A DNA stretch of 64,000 nucleotides. It comes from a virus. The DNA is taken from the IMG/VR virus record IMGVR_UViG_3300044695_006284, positions 34,134 through 98,133 of that record; one strand, given 5' to 3'. This document shows, piece by piece, positions 9,014 to 19,200 of this stretch. A program made the translations under genes and the position numbers. Positions within the stretch are counted from its first letter, which is position 1. Each line of letters opens with the position of its first letter. The notes under the pieces were generated by a model. The model was given only the letters and a program-made list of their open reading frames with translations, did not search any database and was not told the origin of the DNA.

Positions 9014-10330
9014 ATGATCATAGAAAAGTCACATTGGTCTTCTAATGGAAATGCTATTAATTTATCAGTTCCATTTACGAAGGTCAATAGAGAAAAAAGA
9101 ACAGTCTCAGGATTCGCAACATTAGATAACCTGGATCAGACTGGTGATGTCGTTACTCAAGAAGCTAGCATGAAAGCATTTGAAAGCTTTAGAGGTAATC
9201 TAAGAGAAATGCATCAACCACTTGCAGTTGGCAAGGTAGCATCTTTTAGACCAGAAACTTTTTATGATCCTGCAACAAAAGAATTTTACAACGGTGTTTA
9301 TGTTGATGCATACATTTCTAAGGGCGCTCAAGATACTTGGGAAAAGGTACTAGACGGAACACTAACAGGATTTTCTATCGGCGGAAAGATTATTGAATCA
9401 GATAACGAAGTAAACAAATCAACAGGAGCATCAGTAAGGTTTATTAAAGACTATGCACTAGTTGAACTATCAATCGTTGATTCACCAGCAAATGAACTAT
9501 GTAACATTTTATCTATTGAAAAAGTAAATGGACAAATGATTTTTAAAGGCATCGCAGCAGATGTTAAAATGGAAAATATTTTTTATTGTGCAGAAAGTGA
9601 TTCTGTATTTATGTCAACAGAATCAGAATACATATCTCCAGTTACTGGTAAAAAAACAGAACTCATTGGATGGGTAGAATCAAACGACGTAAACAAAGGA
9701 AAAGAAATAGAAAAGATTCTTGATTCACGTAGATCAAGATTGCAAACATTGCCTGACAACACAAATATAAATATGGCAATTGCAGAAGGAGGAAATGAAG
9801 TGGAAAAGCTTAATGTAACAGAAGCAACTCCAGTAGTAGAAGAAGCAGTAGCTCCAGAAGCACCTGCAGAAATTATTGAAGAAGTTGCCCCAGTAGAACA
9901 AGAGTCTGCTGAAGTTGTAGCTGAAGAAACTTCTGCCGAAGTTCTGGAAAAATCAGCAGAACTAACAGTTCAGGAATCACCTGACTTTGTTAAAATGCTA
10001 GGCGACCTTAAGGGTTTCTTCTCAGAGACTTTGGAAAAGGCCTCTGAGGCAAACGCTGCTCAGGTTTCAACAATCAAGGAGACAGTCGAAGCTTTTAGCA
10101 AGAATGTCGATTTGAGAATTTCAGAATTAGCAGAAAAGCACACAGAACTCTCAACAGCAGTTGATTCAATTAAGTCCATCATGGACACAGTTGAAAAAAG
10201 AGTAGACGCAGTAGAATCAGACACTGCAATCAAGAAGTCCTCTGACCTTGGCGGGTCAGCTGGAGTAACAATCAAAAAATCAAAATGGAACGGCACTTTC
10301 CTCGGTTCCGTTAGCGAATTAACAAAATAA
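9014..10330 (+). CDS. HK97-family prohead protease fused to a C-terminal scaffold region
   Basis: VSGFATLDNLDQTGD, REMH, GFSIGG, ELSIVDSPAN; acidic and coiled-coil C-terminus. Confidence 0.9.
   Translation: MIIEKSHWSSNGNAINLSVPFTKVNREKRTVSGFATLDNLDQTGDVVTQEASMKAFESFRGNLREMHQPLAVGKVASFRPETFYDPATKEFYNGVYVDAYISKGAQDTWEKVLDGTLTGFSIGGKIIESDNEVNKSTGASVRFIKDYALVELSIVDSPANELCNILSIEKVNGQMIFKGIAADVKMENIFYCAESDSVFMSTESEYISPVTGKKTELIGWVESNDVNKGKEIEKILDSRRSRLQTLPDNTNINMAIAEGGNEVEKLNVTEATPVVEEAVAPEAPAEIIEEVAPVEQESAEVVAEETSAEVLEKSAELTVQESPDFVKMLGDLKGFFSETLEKASEANAAQVSTIKETVEAFSKNVDLRISELAEKHTELSTAVDSIKSIMDTVEKRVDAVESDTAIKKSSDLGGSAGVTIKKSKWNGTFLGSVSELTK
9800..10330 (+). CDS. Probable nested scaffolding protein (internal in-frame GTG start)
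   Basis: AGGAGG at 9787-9792, 7 nt before an in-frame GTG at the start of the acidic/coiled-coil region. Confidence 0.65.
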   Translation: MEKLNVTEATPVVEEAVAPEAPAEIIEEVAPVEQESAEVVAEETSAEVLEKSAELTVQESPDFVKMLGDLKGFFSETLEKASEANAAQVSTIKETVEAFSKNVDLRISELAEKHTELSTAVDSIKSIMDTVEKRVDAVESDTAIKKSSDLGGSAGVTIKKSKWNGTFLGSVSELTK

Positions 10331-10348
10331 GGGTATGGTGAAAAACTA

Positions 10349-11398
10349 ATGAGTAATGAACTATTAGCAAAAGCAGCTGAAGCAGGCACAACACTAACAG
10401 GTGGAATGACTGGCGCAGCAAACCCTACCGACGGAATTCACGTAGGTTCCGAGGGTAAGGGAGGCTTGCTCAATCCTGAGCAATCCGCAAGATTCCTCGA
10501 TTACATGTTCGATGCAACAGTAATCGGTAAAGTAGCACGTACAGTTCGAATGAGAGCTGACACTACAGAGATTGATCGTATCGGCGTCGGAGAAAAGCTT
10601 ATGAAGCTTGCATCTGAAGCAGAGAACACTGGCACAAACTCAGCAGTACAGTTCTCAAAGATTTCTCTCACAACAAAGAAGCTTCGCCTAGATTGGGAGC
10701 TTTCAACTGAGTCTCTAGAAGACAACATTGAAGGTGCTGATCTAGAAGATCACATTGCAAGACTTATGGCAACACAGGCTGGTAATGACCTAGAGGACGT
10801 AGTCCTTAACGGTAACACAGCTCTATCTTCAGATAACCTATACAAGGCATTTGATGGTATTGTCAAGATTGCAAAGACAAATGGTCGTGTAGTAGCTGGA
10901 GCGGGTGCAGTAGTATCTCGTGACATCTTCAACAAGGCACTAAAGGCTATGCCACGTAAGTACAAGCAGCGTCGTCCAGACCTACGCTTCCTTGCAGGCT
11001 CAAACCTAATTCAAGACTACTTGTACTCAACATCACAGAACATCCAAAACGTTAACCCACAAGATATCGCTTCAAGCATTATCCGTGGAGACCAGGGTGG
11101 TCTAGGTGGTCCAGCAGGATATGTGGCACCATTCGCATTTGGTATTCCAATTGTTGAAGTTCCACTACTTAAGGAAACACAGACAGGTTCATATGCAACA
11201 CCAACAGGAGAGCACGGAGACGTCCACTTGACATTCCCAAATAACGTTGTTATTGGTATCAAGCGTGATGTAACTGTTTACCGCTTCTTCTGGCCAAAGA
11301 AGGACTCAATCGAATATACAATGTATACTCGTGTTGGTACCCAAATTGAGCAGGCAGATGCATGGGTAGTCGTAAAAGACGTTAAGGTTGCTTCTTAA
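10349..11398 (+). CDS. Major capsid protein (HK97 fold)
   Basis: GGLLNPEQSARFL, ELSTESLEDNIEG, AGNDLED..LNG; strongly biased codons; followed by a terminator. Confidence 0.93.
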   Translation: MSNELLAKAAEAGTTLTGGMTGAANPTDGIHVGSEGKGGLLNPEQSARFLDYMFDATVIGKVARTVRMRADTTEIDRIGVGEKLMKLASEAENTGTNSAVQFSKISLTTKKLRLDWELSTESLEDNIEGADLEDHIARLMATQAGNDLEDVVLNGNTALSSDNLYKAFDGIVKIAKTNGRVVAGAGAVVSRDIFNKALKAMPRKYKQRRPDLRFLAGSNLIQDYLYSTSQNIQNVNPQDIASSIIRGDQGGLGGPAGYVAPFAFGIPIVEVPLLKETQTGSYATPTGEHGDVHLTFPNNVVIGIKRDVTVYRFFWPKKDSIEYTMYTRVGTQIEQADAWVVVKDVKVAS

Positions 11399-11420
11399 TT
11401 AAATAAGAAATAACTACCGA

Positions 11421-11450
11421 AAGGCCCCCAATTAATTTTGGGGGCTTTTC
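11421..11450 (+). terminator. Rho-independent terminator after major capsid gene
   Basis: AAGGCCCCCAA-loop-TTGGGGGCTTTT. Confidence 0.85.
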
Positions 11451-11465
11451 ATTTTAATTTTATAG

Positions 11466-11474
11466 TGCTATAAT
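11466..11474 (+). promoter_or_regulatory. Extended -10 promoter
   Basis: TGCTATAAT after the terminator and before an AAGGAG RBS. Confidence 0.65.
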
Positions 11475-11501
11475 TTATGTACATACCAAAGGAGTATATA
11501 T

Positions 11502-11900
11502 ATGTCATTTGACACACTTAAGGTCAAAGAACTAAAGACATTAGCAGCGGACTTCGCAGTTGATGTTGATGGCCTAAAAAATAAAGCAGATGTTATTGCA
11601 GCCCTAACAGAAGAAGGAGTAACTTGGTCAGTTTACCAAGGTACACTTAAAAACATAGAGAACGCAAAAGAAGATGCAGATGAAATTCTTCCTAGACTAG
11701 ATCCAAATCAAAAGCTTGATGAAGATATGGTTCTTGTAAAGATGGATCGACCAAACTACAGATATGATGCACTTGGTTTTACATTTACCTTAGAGCACCC
11801 ATTCGTAGCAATGAAGCCAGATGTGGCTCAAGAAATTTTTGATAAGGAGGAAGGGTTTAGATTGGCTACACCTAGAGAAGTACAGGAGTACTACAACTAA
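11502..11900 (+). CDS. Head-associated protein with N-terminal HeH/Rho-N-like motif
   Basis: LKVKELKTLA....V.GLKNKADVIAAL; lies just after the capsid gene. Confidence 0.55.
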   Translation: MSFDTLKVKELKTLAADFAVDVDGLKNKADVIAALTEEGVTWSVYQGTLKNIENAKEDADEILPRLDPNQKLDEDMVLVKMDRPNYRYDALGFTFTLEHPFVAMKPDVAQEIFDKEEGFRLATPREVQEYYN

Positions 11901-11909
11901 GCCTAACAC

Positions 11910-12893
11910 ATGGCAGAGATATACCAGAACACAAGCACGGCGGCAACAACAAAGCTTTACGTAAAAGGTGAAGCAATTACGCCTAGCTCTACAGTTACTG
12001 TAAAAGTTTACGACATAACTGGAGATCCCGTTATCTCTCCACTAATTAGCCCATCAACAATCCTTGCAACCCTTACAGCGGAAGCAAGCGAAGTTGATCA
12101 GGGCTCTTTTAGTGTTTACCTTCCGACTCAGTATACAACAAGAAATAGAAAGTTTAAATTAGTTTGGGACTGGCAATATAACTCAGATTCGTACTCAAAT
12201 ACCACGTACCTTGATGTTGTAACCCCGTATGTAGACATACAGGAAGCTGCACAGGAGCTAGGTTTTGGGTCGGATGCAAATGATCCTAATCACAAAACTT
12301 ATCAAGAACTAAAGCTAGCAGAAAGATATGCTAGAAATATAATTGAAGGACATACTGGTCAAAAGTTTTATTTATACGATTCAAACTTTTACACAATAGG
12401 AAACGATTCAGACACTCTTTCTTTTCCAATTAAGATAAACCAGTTACACACGTTGCATGCAAATGATCAGCTATTAATAGATAGAATCAATAATGTAAAT
12501 GCATTAGGCATGGTAATAGAAAACACGTTGAGCGGTTTTGGAATAAGAGTAAACCAGTCTGCAATACTTGATAATGATGTATATATTGCAAACGGAATGG
12601 TTCCTCCATCAATAAATGATTCATCTCCAAATATATTTAGAAGAACTCAATCTTATAAGGTTTATGCTAGATTTGGTTGGGCCTACGTTCCAAATGAGGT
12701 CCGAGACGCAACAGTAGAGCTAATGAAGATGTACTTTGCTAAAGATAGAATCTGGAGAGAAAGATATATTAAAAAGATATCTACTACAGACTGGGATTTT
12801 GAATATTCATCTGAAGCATTTAACGGAACAGGATCATCTTACGCAGACAAGCTTCTTGCAGACTACGTCATAACTCAAATGGTCTTATTGTAA
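11910..12893 (+). CDS. Head-to-tail adaptor
   Basis: YARNIIEGHTGQKF, RFGWAYVPNEVRDATVEL, ADKLLADY; synteny. Confidence 0.75.
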   Translation: MAEIYQNTSTAATTKLYVKGEAITPSSTVTVKVYDITGDPVISPLISPSTILATLTAEASEVDQGSFSVYLPTQYTTRNRKFKLVWDWQYNSDSYSNTTYLDVVTPYVDIQEAAQELGFGSDANDPNHKTYQELKLAERYARNIIEGHTGQKFYLYDSNFYTIGNDSDTLSFPIKINQLHTLHANDQLLIDRINNVNALGMVIENTLSGFGIRVNQSAILDNDVYIANGMVPPSINDSSPNIFRRTQSYKVYARFGWAYVPNEVRDATVELMKMYFAKDRIWRERYIKKISTTDWDFEYSSEAFNGTGSSYADKLLADYVITQMVLL

Positions 12894-13318
12894 TGTTTGA
12901 AGCAGTAGATGGTTTAATGACCATGAAAATGGATGTATACAGACAACAAGAGCAGCAGGATAAAGATACTGGTGCAATTATTAGAGAGTTCTCATACATA
13001 AAAACATTAGACTGCTACGCTAGAGGAATTATTACAGAAAGCCGAAACAGAACAAATGATAATCAAAATTTTTCAAATAAATATTCAAATAATCAATATG
13101 TAGAAACAAGAACTGCAGAGCGGCTAACCCCTAGAGACAAGATAAAAAATATTAGAGATGCTAGCGGAAAGCCTATATGGTACGAGCTAAACTATCCAAG
13201 TGATACTCCAACAGTATTTGATGTAATAGGAACAACTCCTATATCAGATCCTTTTGGAAATGTTGTCGGATATAACGCATCATTGCAAAGAGCGGAGAAC
13301 CAGCAAATTGGCATCTGA
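12893..13318 (+). CDS. Head-closure (stopper) protein
   Basis: Size, beta-rich pattern and synteny. Confidence 0.6.
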   Translation: MFEAVDGLMTMKMDVYRQQEQQDKDTGAIIREFSYIKTLDCYARGIITESRNRTNDNQNFSNKYSNNQYVETRTAERLTPRDKIKNIRDASGKPIWYELNYPSDTPTVFDVIGTTPISDPFGNVVGYNASLQRAENQQIGI

Positions 13319-14099
13319 AATTTTAGCTATTAAAGCAGCAAGCGGATTGGTAAATCTTATGGCCAATAAGCCTGTCAGCGGTGCGCTAAAAGACAGCACA
13401 GTAGCACAGATATCTGCAGCACTATTCTACAAAACAAATGTAATGGCAAAGCTAGCATCAAATGCTCAATTTCAATCAGCATTTAGAAATGTAATCTTTG
13501 ATCAATTGCAAGTTGACTTCGGAGATTATATTGATGCAAAATCAAGAACTTCTCCAAAATCTTTTCACCACGTTTATGAGTGGGATAGGGTAGGTCAAGA
13601 CGAGGCAAGATTGTTTAAATTAAAACAACTTCCAGCAGATGGCTTATCATTAAAACTTAATTATGAATTGATCGATTCCAAATCTTTTGTACCTTCTGAA
13701 AATTCTAAGAATAAACATGTCTTTGTAAAAAAGGCTGAAATAATGGAGCAGGGAAAGACTGTAGTTATTGCTCCAAGATTTTCAGAAAGGCTTGTTTTTG
13801 ATATAGATGGATATACTATATTCATGCCAAAAGGACAATCGGTTACTGTTAGAAAGCCAGGCGGAGCGGCAACTAAAAATGCATTCTTTGCACAATATAG
13901 ATACTTCTTTACTGGTAATCTAGTTAACATGTCAATAAAAAAATCGGGATTCCAAAGACTATTTAATTCATCATTGTCTAGAGCATTAGGTGTTCCAGCA
14001 CAAGTTAAAACAGTTAAATATAGCTTCTCGCCAAATCAGCTGGCAAATGAAGCAGAGGCTGCTACATCAGCAGCATTTGCGAGGTTCGTAAATGGCTAA
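13308..14099 (+). CDS. Neck/tail-completion protein (putative)
   Basis: Synteny; start set to TTG 13308 behind GGAG 13294-13297 rather than 13254. Confidence 0.55.
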   Translation: MASEILAIKAASGLVNLMANKPVSGALKDSTVAQISAALFYKTNVMAKLASNAQFQSAFRNVIFDQLQVDFGDYIDAKSRTSPKSFHHVYEWDRVGQDEARLFKLKQLPADGLSLKLNYELIDSKSFVPSENSKNKHVFVKKAEIMEQGKTVVIAPRFSERLVFDIDGYTIFMPKGQSVTVRKPGGAATKNAFFAQYRYFFTGNLVNMSIKKSGFQRLFNSSLSRALGVPAQVKTVKYSFSPNQLANEAEAATSAAFARFVNG

Positions 14100-14601
14100 T
14101 TATAAATTAGATTCAATGTTTGAAATAAGAAAGTTCTTATGGAACAGACTTACATGGCTAGGCATATTTGATGAGAATGATTATTATTCAGATAACCTAG
14201 GCGAGGCACTTGTGCCAATAGTCCCAGTTCAGCAACAGCCAGAAATGAATCAATTCTTGAGCGGCAAGAAGCATATAGTCTATGACAAGGTAGGTATGTC
14301 ATATGAGAATAACTGGATGATATGCTGCGAGCAAATCTTATTAACTCTATATTCACCAGAGATCCTAGACATTGTTGAGATGAGAAACTTCCTAACTGAT
14401 GAGTTTAGAAGAATGGATGAGTCTGCAAGAGATGTTAATAAATGGGCTGGGTTATCAGATAAATTCAAGTTCCATAGCATTCAAGTAGCAGATATATCAT
14501 CTACAGCCCCATCAGAAGAAATCCAAGGATTCTATGCAGCAGATGTAGTATTAGAGATAAAATACTCAAGAATACTAGATGGCAAGGGCAGATTTGCCTA
14601 G
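14092..14601 (+). CDS. Tail terminator protein (putative)
   Basis: Size and position immediately before the major tail gene. Confidence 0.6.
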   Translation: MANYKLDSMFEIRKFLWNRLTWLGIFDENDYYSDNLGEALVPIVPVQQQPEMNQFLSGKKHIVYDKVGMSYENNWMICCEQILLTLYSPEILDIVEMRNFLTDEFRRMDESARDVNKWAGLSDKFKFHSIQVADISSTAPSEEIQGFYAADVVLEIKYSRILDGKGRFA

Positions 14602-14631
14602 TTTGCCTTTTATAAGTTAGTAGAGTAAAAT
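14602..14631 (+). promoter_or_regulatory. Promoter of the major tail gene
   Basis: TTGCCT-N17-TAAAAT; TTTGCCTTTT identical to 8975-8984. Confidence 0.7.
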
Positions 14632-14705
14632 TAGAACAGAGGAAAGGGCCTAGCCAGCCAAAATATATATATTAATTTCATATGAAATCAGGAGGCAATA
14701 CAATT

Positions 14706-15467
14706 ATGGCATATCAAAATACAGGAGACGCCCGCAACATTCTTGTTGGAGCATCACCACTATTCTTGTCAGTAGAAGATTCAACAGTATCTGGTTACGA
14801 CTCAAGCATGGATGCAGGCGAAGCAAACGCTTTCGTTGCAAACAAAAATCGTTTTGTACCAGCATTCTCAACAGGAGAGTCTTATACTACAACACTAAAT
14901 AAAGTTTTAACAACAAAAGGTGCTACTCAGACAGCAACACCGTCAGAGTCAACACCAGCACTTGGTGGAGCTTACCGCAACGTAGGTTACACAAATAACG
15001 GTCTTCAGATCAGCTACCAACCAACATTTGACTCAGTAACTGTTGACCAGTTGCTAGATACAGCTAAGCTGTTCAAGTCTGCGATGATGGTTCAGATCTC
15101 AACAGAAATGGCAGAAGGTACTCTAGAGAACGTTCTTGCAGTATTTGGTCAAAAGGGATCAACACTTACATCAGATGGAACAGGTACATCAGCAGTTGAC
15201 ACACTAGGTTTGGAAGCAGGTGCACTAGGTGCAGCTCCAACAGAGCGTCAGCTAATTGCAGTTGGACAGGCTCCAACTTCAGAAGCATCAGCAACTGAGC
15301 GTGTATATTATGCACGTCGTGTTTTGTCTGTTGAACAGTCACAGTTCTCTTTGGCTCGTACAGCAGCAACAACATTCCCAGTAACATTCCGTCTTCTACC
15401 ATCAGGTGACTCAGCTCACGTTGGTTCAGAATACGGTAAGATTATTGACCGTGTACTAACAGTTTAA
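14706..15467 (+). CDS. Major tail (tube) protein
   Basis: NILVGASPLF, NVGYTNNGLQISYQP, TEMAEGTLEN, FPVTFRLLP; AGGAGG at 14690-14695; terminator follows. Confidence 0.88.
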   Translation: MAYQNTGDARNILVGASPLFLSVEDSTVSGYDSSMDAGEANAFVANKNRFVPAFSTGESYTTTLNKVLTTKGATQTATPSESTPALGGAYRNVGYTNNGLQISYQPTFDSVTVDQLLDTAKLFKSAMMVQISTEMAEGTLENVLAVFGQKGSTLTSDGTGTSAVDTLGLEAGALGAAPTERQLIAVGQAPTSEASATERVYYARRVLSVEQSQFSLARTAATTFPVTFRLLPSGDSAHVGSEYGKIIDRVLTV

Positions 15468-15487
15468 TTATATTAATAATTAATATC

Positions 15488-15513
15488 AAAGCCCCCAAGA
15501 AATTGGGGGCTTT
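15488..15513 (+). terminator. Rho-independent terminator after major tail gene
   Basis: AAAGCCCCCAA-GAAA-TTGGGGGCTTT; same stem as the capsid terminator. Confidence 0.85.
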
Positions 15514-15517
15514 GCTG

Positions 15518-15546
15518 TTGTACCCTTATAATGGTTATGCTATAAT
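15518..15546 (+). promoter_or_regulatory. Promoter of the tail chaperone/tape measure operon
   Basis: TTGTAC-N17-TATAAT with extended TG. Confidence 0.7.
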
Positions 15547-15574
15547 AATTTAGACGATCCTTAAGGAGGATAAA

Positions 15575-15907
15575 TTGGCAACAACAGTATATGATGTAGA
15601 AGAGATTGAACTACAAAGCGGAGCTAAAGTAAAGCTCAAGCCACTATCAATCAAGCAGCTACGAAAGTTTATGGAAGTAATTAAGAAAGTTCAAGATGCA
15701 GAAGATGAAACAGCAACACTTGGAATTTTGGTTGAAGCATGCGGAGTAGCACTAGAAACACAGCTTCCAGACCTAGTTGCTGATCTTGACAAGCTAGAAG
15801 ACGCATTGGATGTTCCAACAATTAATAGAATCCTTGAAGTTTGCGGAGGAATTAAGATGGACGACCCAAACCTAATAGCGGCAGCGGTACTGGCTGGTCA
15901 GAACTAG
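15575..15907 (+). CDS. Tail assembly chaperone (gpG-like)
   Basis: Between major tail and tape measure genes; AAGGAGG RBS, TTG start. Confidence 0.8.
   Translation: MATTVYDVEEIELQSGAKVKLKPLSIKQLRKFMEVIKKVQDAEDETATLGILVEACGVALETQLPDLVADLDKLEDALDVPTINRILEVCGGIKMDDPNLIAAAVLAGQN
15865..15871 (+). other. -1 programmed ribosomal frameshift site C CCA AAC
   Basis: X XXY YYZ heptamer in phase with the chaperone frame; -1 frame is open from 15856 to 16242. Confidence 0.8.
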
Positions 15908-16242
15908 ATTTAGCCGCTTTAGAAGGACAAGTTTTTCTTCTGGGTCACTGGAAGAATTACGAGGAATTAGAAGAAAATTTATCAATGCCAGAATTGGTTC
16001 AAACCATAACAGCGATAAATGAAAAAGAGCATAACCAAAGAAAATTTGCAGCGTCACTAAAAGGAATACAATTAGATGATGGTGCAGAAGAAAAAGAAAA
16101 AGGTTCTACCTTTGAAGATATCCAAAGAAGAGCACTTGGAATAAATGCATCAGCAGATGATGTTGTTGGTTTACAAGGGCCCTTTGCAGCGAAAGCTGGA
16201 TTTGGAATTGGCGCAGGGTTAGGATACTCTAGGAGTAATTAG
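15871..16242 (+). CDS. Tail assembly chaperone gpT portion (gpGT fusion of about 222 aa via -1 frameshift)
   Basis: Protein-like frame PNSGSGTGWSELDLAALEGQVFLLGHWKNY... begins well upstream of ATG 15985. Confidence 0.75.
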   Translation, partial: PNSGSGTGWSELDLAALEGQVFLLGHWKNYEELEENLSMPELVQTITAINEKEHNQRKFAASLKGIQLDDGAEEKEKGSTFEDIQRRALGINASADDVVGLQGPFAAKAGFGIGAGLGYSRSN

Positions 16243-19200
16243 TGGCTGACGAACAAATTGTAACCAGTATAGTCGCCAAAGCCGACTTATCTAGCCTTGT
16301 GTCTGAAGTACACAGGGCTAGTTCTAGTCTCCAACAATTACAAAGAGAACTTCTTGCATCGAATAGAGCAATATCTGCTTCAACAAAATTAGCAAATAAC
16401 TTATTTAGAGATACACTAACTGGAAGCGGACAGTTTTCTAGTCACTTTGTAAACCTTAATTCGGATGTAGATAAGTTTGGTAAAAACCTAGACTCTGGAA
16501 GATTAAAGCTTAAGAACTATTTCCAGACATTTAGAGAGCATGCTACAACTCAAAAGGGAATGATAAGGGAGCTTGCCAAAGAGCAGGTAATGCTTCAAAA
16601 CTCAGTGCTACAACCTTTAGGTAGAAATGCTCAAGGCCTAATGCAGTACAACGTTATGATTCCAAGAGGTTTGGATGCCGTAAAAAATAGCGCACAACTA
16701 GCTCGCATGGAACTTCAGATAATGAATCGTGCACTATCTGAAGGAGCAGGATCTTTAATTAACTGGGGTAAAAATACTCAGTGGGCAGGTCGTCAGCTTA
16801 CAGTTGGACTTACAGTTCCATTAACAATGTTTGGTGCTGCAGCAGGAAAAGCATTTAGAGAAGCAGATCAAGAGCTTGTAAGACTTACAAAGGTTTACGG
16901 TGGACTAGCTGCAACTTCTGCAGCAGACTTAAAAGCAATTAGAGAAGAAGTTGTGCAAACAGCAAAATCTTTATCTCAAACAATGGGAGCTTCTTTTAAA
17001 GATACAATTGCGCTAGGTGCTGATATTGCGGCAACTGGAAAGATGGGCAACGAACTTTTAGGTTCTATAGAAGAAACAACCAGACTTGCAATCCTTGGAG
17101 AAGTAGATAGACAAGATGCAATGAAAGCTACTCTTTCAATTCAAACAGCTTTTAAGCAAAACACACAGCAACTTACAGAATCAATTAACTTTCTTAACGC
17201 AGTTGAAAACCAGACATCTACAACACTTAACGATTTAGTAGAAGCAATTCCAAAAGCTGGTCCAGTTATACAGCAACTCGGAGGCAGCATAGAAGACTTA
17301 GCTCTTTATATGACTGCAATGAGAGAAGGTGGAATTAATGCATCTGAAGGTGCAAACGCATTAAAGTCAGGTCTAGCTTCTTTAATTAATCCAACAAAAC
17401 AAACAGTCGGTATAATGTCAGATTTTGGCATAGATGTAATGGGAATGGTTGCAAAAAATACTGGTGATACAACTGGAATGTTGCTAGATTTGCAAAAAGC
17501 TTTAAACACTTTAGATCCTCTAAGTAAAGCTAGAGCACTTGAGCAAATGTTTGGTAAGTTCCAGTTTGCAAGAATGAGCGCACTCCTAAACAACCTTGGA
17601 AAAGAAGGAAGCCAGACGCTTCAGGTTATGGATTTAATGAAGGCAAGTACCTCAGATTTGGCGGGAATTGCAGAGCGAGAATTAGGAATGATTACAGAGT
17701 CTGCATCTGGTAAGTATAGAAGAGCTATGGAGTCTTTAAAAGCACAGCTTGCAGATGTAGGAGATGAGTTTCTTGGGGTTGCAACTAAACTTATAAATGC
17801 TGCGTCAAAGATTTTAGAATTCTTCACTAATTTGCCATCACCGATTAAAAAAGCTCTTACTTTTATGGCAGGATTTACAGCATTAGTTGGCCCACTAATT
17901 ATGTTAACTGGTGTACTTGCCAACTTCTTTGGTTATATAACAAAGGGAATAGTCCAGCTCAGATCTTTCTTTATGAAAGCAAATGGATGGAAGATGCTTA
18001 CTCCAGAAATTATTGCTGCTCAAAAAGCAGCAGAAATGGTTGAGAATGCATTTTATTCAGATGCCGCTGCAGCTCAAGTTCTTCATAATGCATTACAAAA
18101 ACTTGTTTTAGATTATCAAAACCTTCAAGCAGCATCAATGAAGAACGCAGTTCCAGTAAACGCAGGAGTCTCTACAGTTGCTGGAAATACAATTGTTGCT
18201 CCTGCTCATGGAAGAAGAGTTGTAGATCCTGATGATCCATACGTTGGAGATCCTAATACTAGAGCAATGTCTCACATTAGACCGAGAGATCCAAATAATC
18301 CAGCCACCTTGTTTGGTGGTGTGCCAGGAGCTATACCAGTAAACAGGGGAATATCTAGAACTCCTCAAATTTATATGCATGATAGACTTCCAAATGTTGA
18401 AGGCCTAACAAGTGTAAAGGGAATATCTACAGGAATTGTTGCACCAGAGGCCGCTAAGTTTCATGCGCTCATGGCCACACTTGGAATGCAAACAGAACAG
18501 GAAATTGCAGCACTAAAGAAAACTATTGCAATGGGTGGAACAGTAAGTAGAGAGCTTTTAGATACATTCGACGACATTCTTCCAATAACTCAAAGATTTG
18601 CAGATAGCGCAGCAACTCAATCTGCACTAATTGTTCAGCAAATGAGAAATGCAGAAATAACTGTTGATCAGGCAAAGGCAAGAATACTTGCGCTTAATGC
18701 ACAAATAGAAGCAGACATGGGATCAGCAGTAAGTATGTATGCTGCTGGACGAGGAAGAACAATTGATTTAACAAGAGCTCCAATGATGGATCAACCAGTT
18801 GTTGATGCTAATGGACAGTTTACACTTAGAGATTTGTATAAGAAAAAGACAAATGCTGCCGTCATGGAAGAGTTTGGAAGAGTCCGTGGTGTAAGAACAT
18901 TTGGCGCACCTTACAGTATTCAAACAACAAGAATGCCTAAATTTAATATAGGTGGAGAGGTTGAATCATTTGGTCCAAACAAAACAGTGGTTTCAGGACC
19001 ATCTTCAGTAAACTATGATGATAGATTGGGAAGTGTTCCACTAGGTGGATATGTTTTGAACCAGCAAGCTGCAATGGATCCAGCAAATGCCCCATTAGTT
19101 GCAATGGCTCCAAGCACATATTTAAATGACGGTGGAAATATTACAGCAGCTCTTACTCCACGGGAAGTAGTTTTTGGTCCTCAAATTCAAAGAATGCCTG

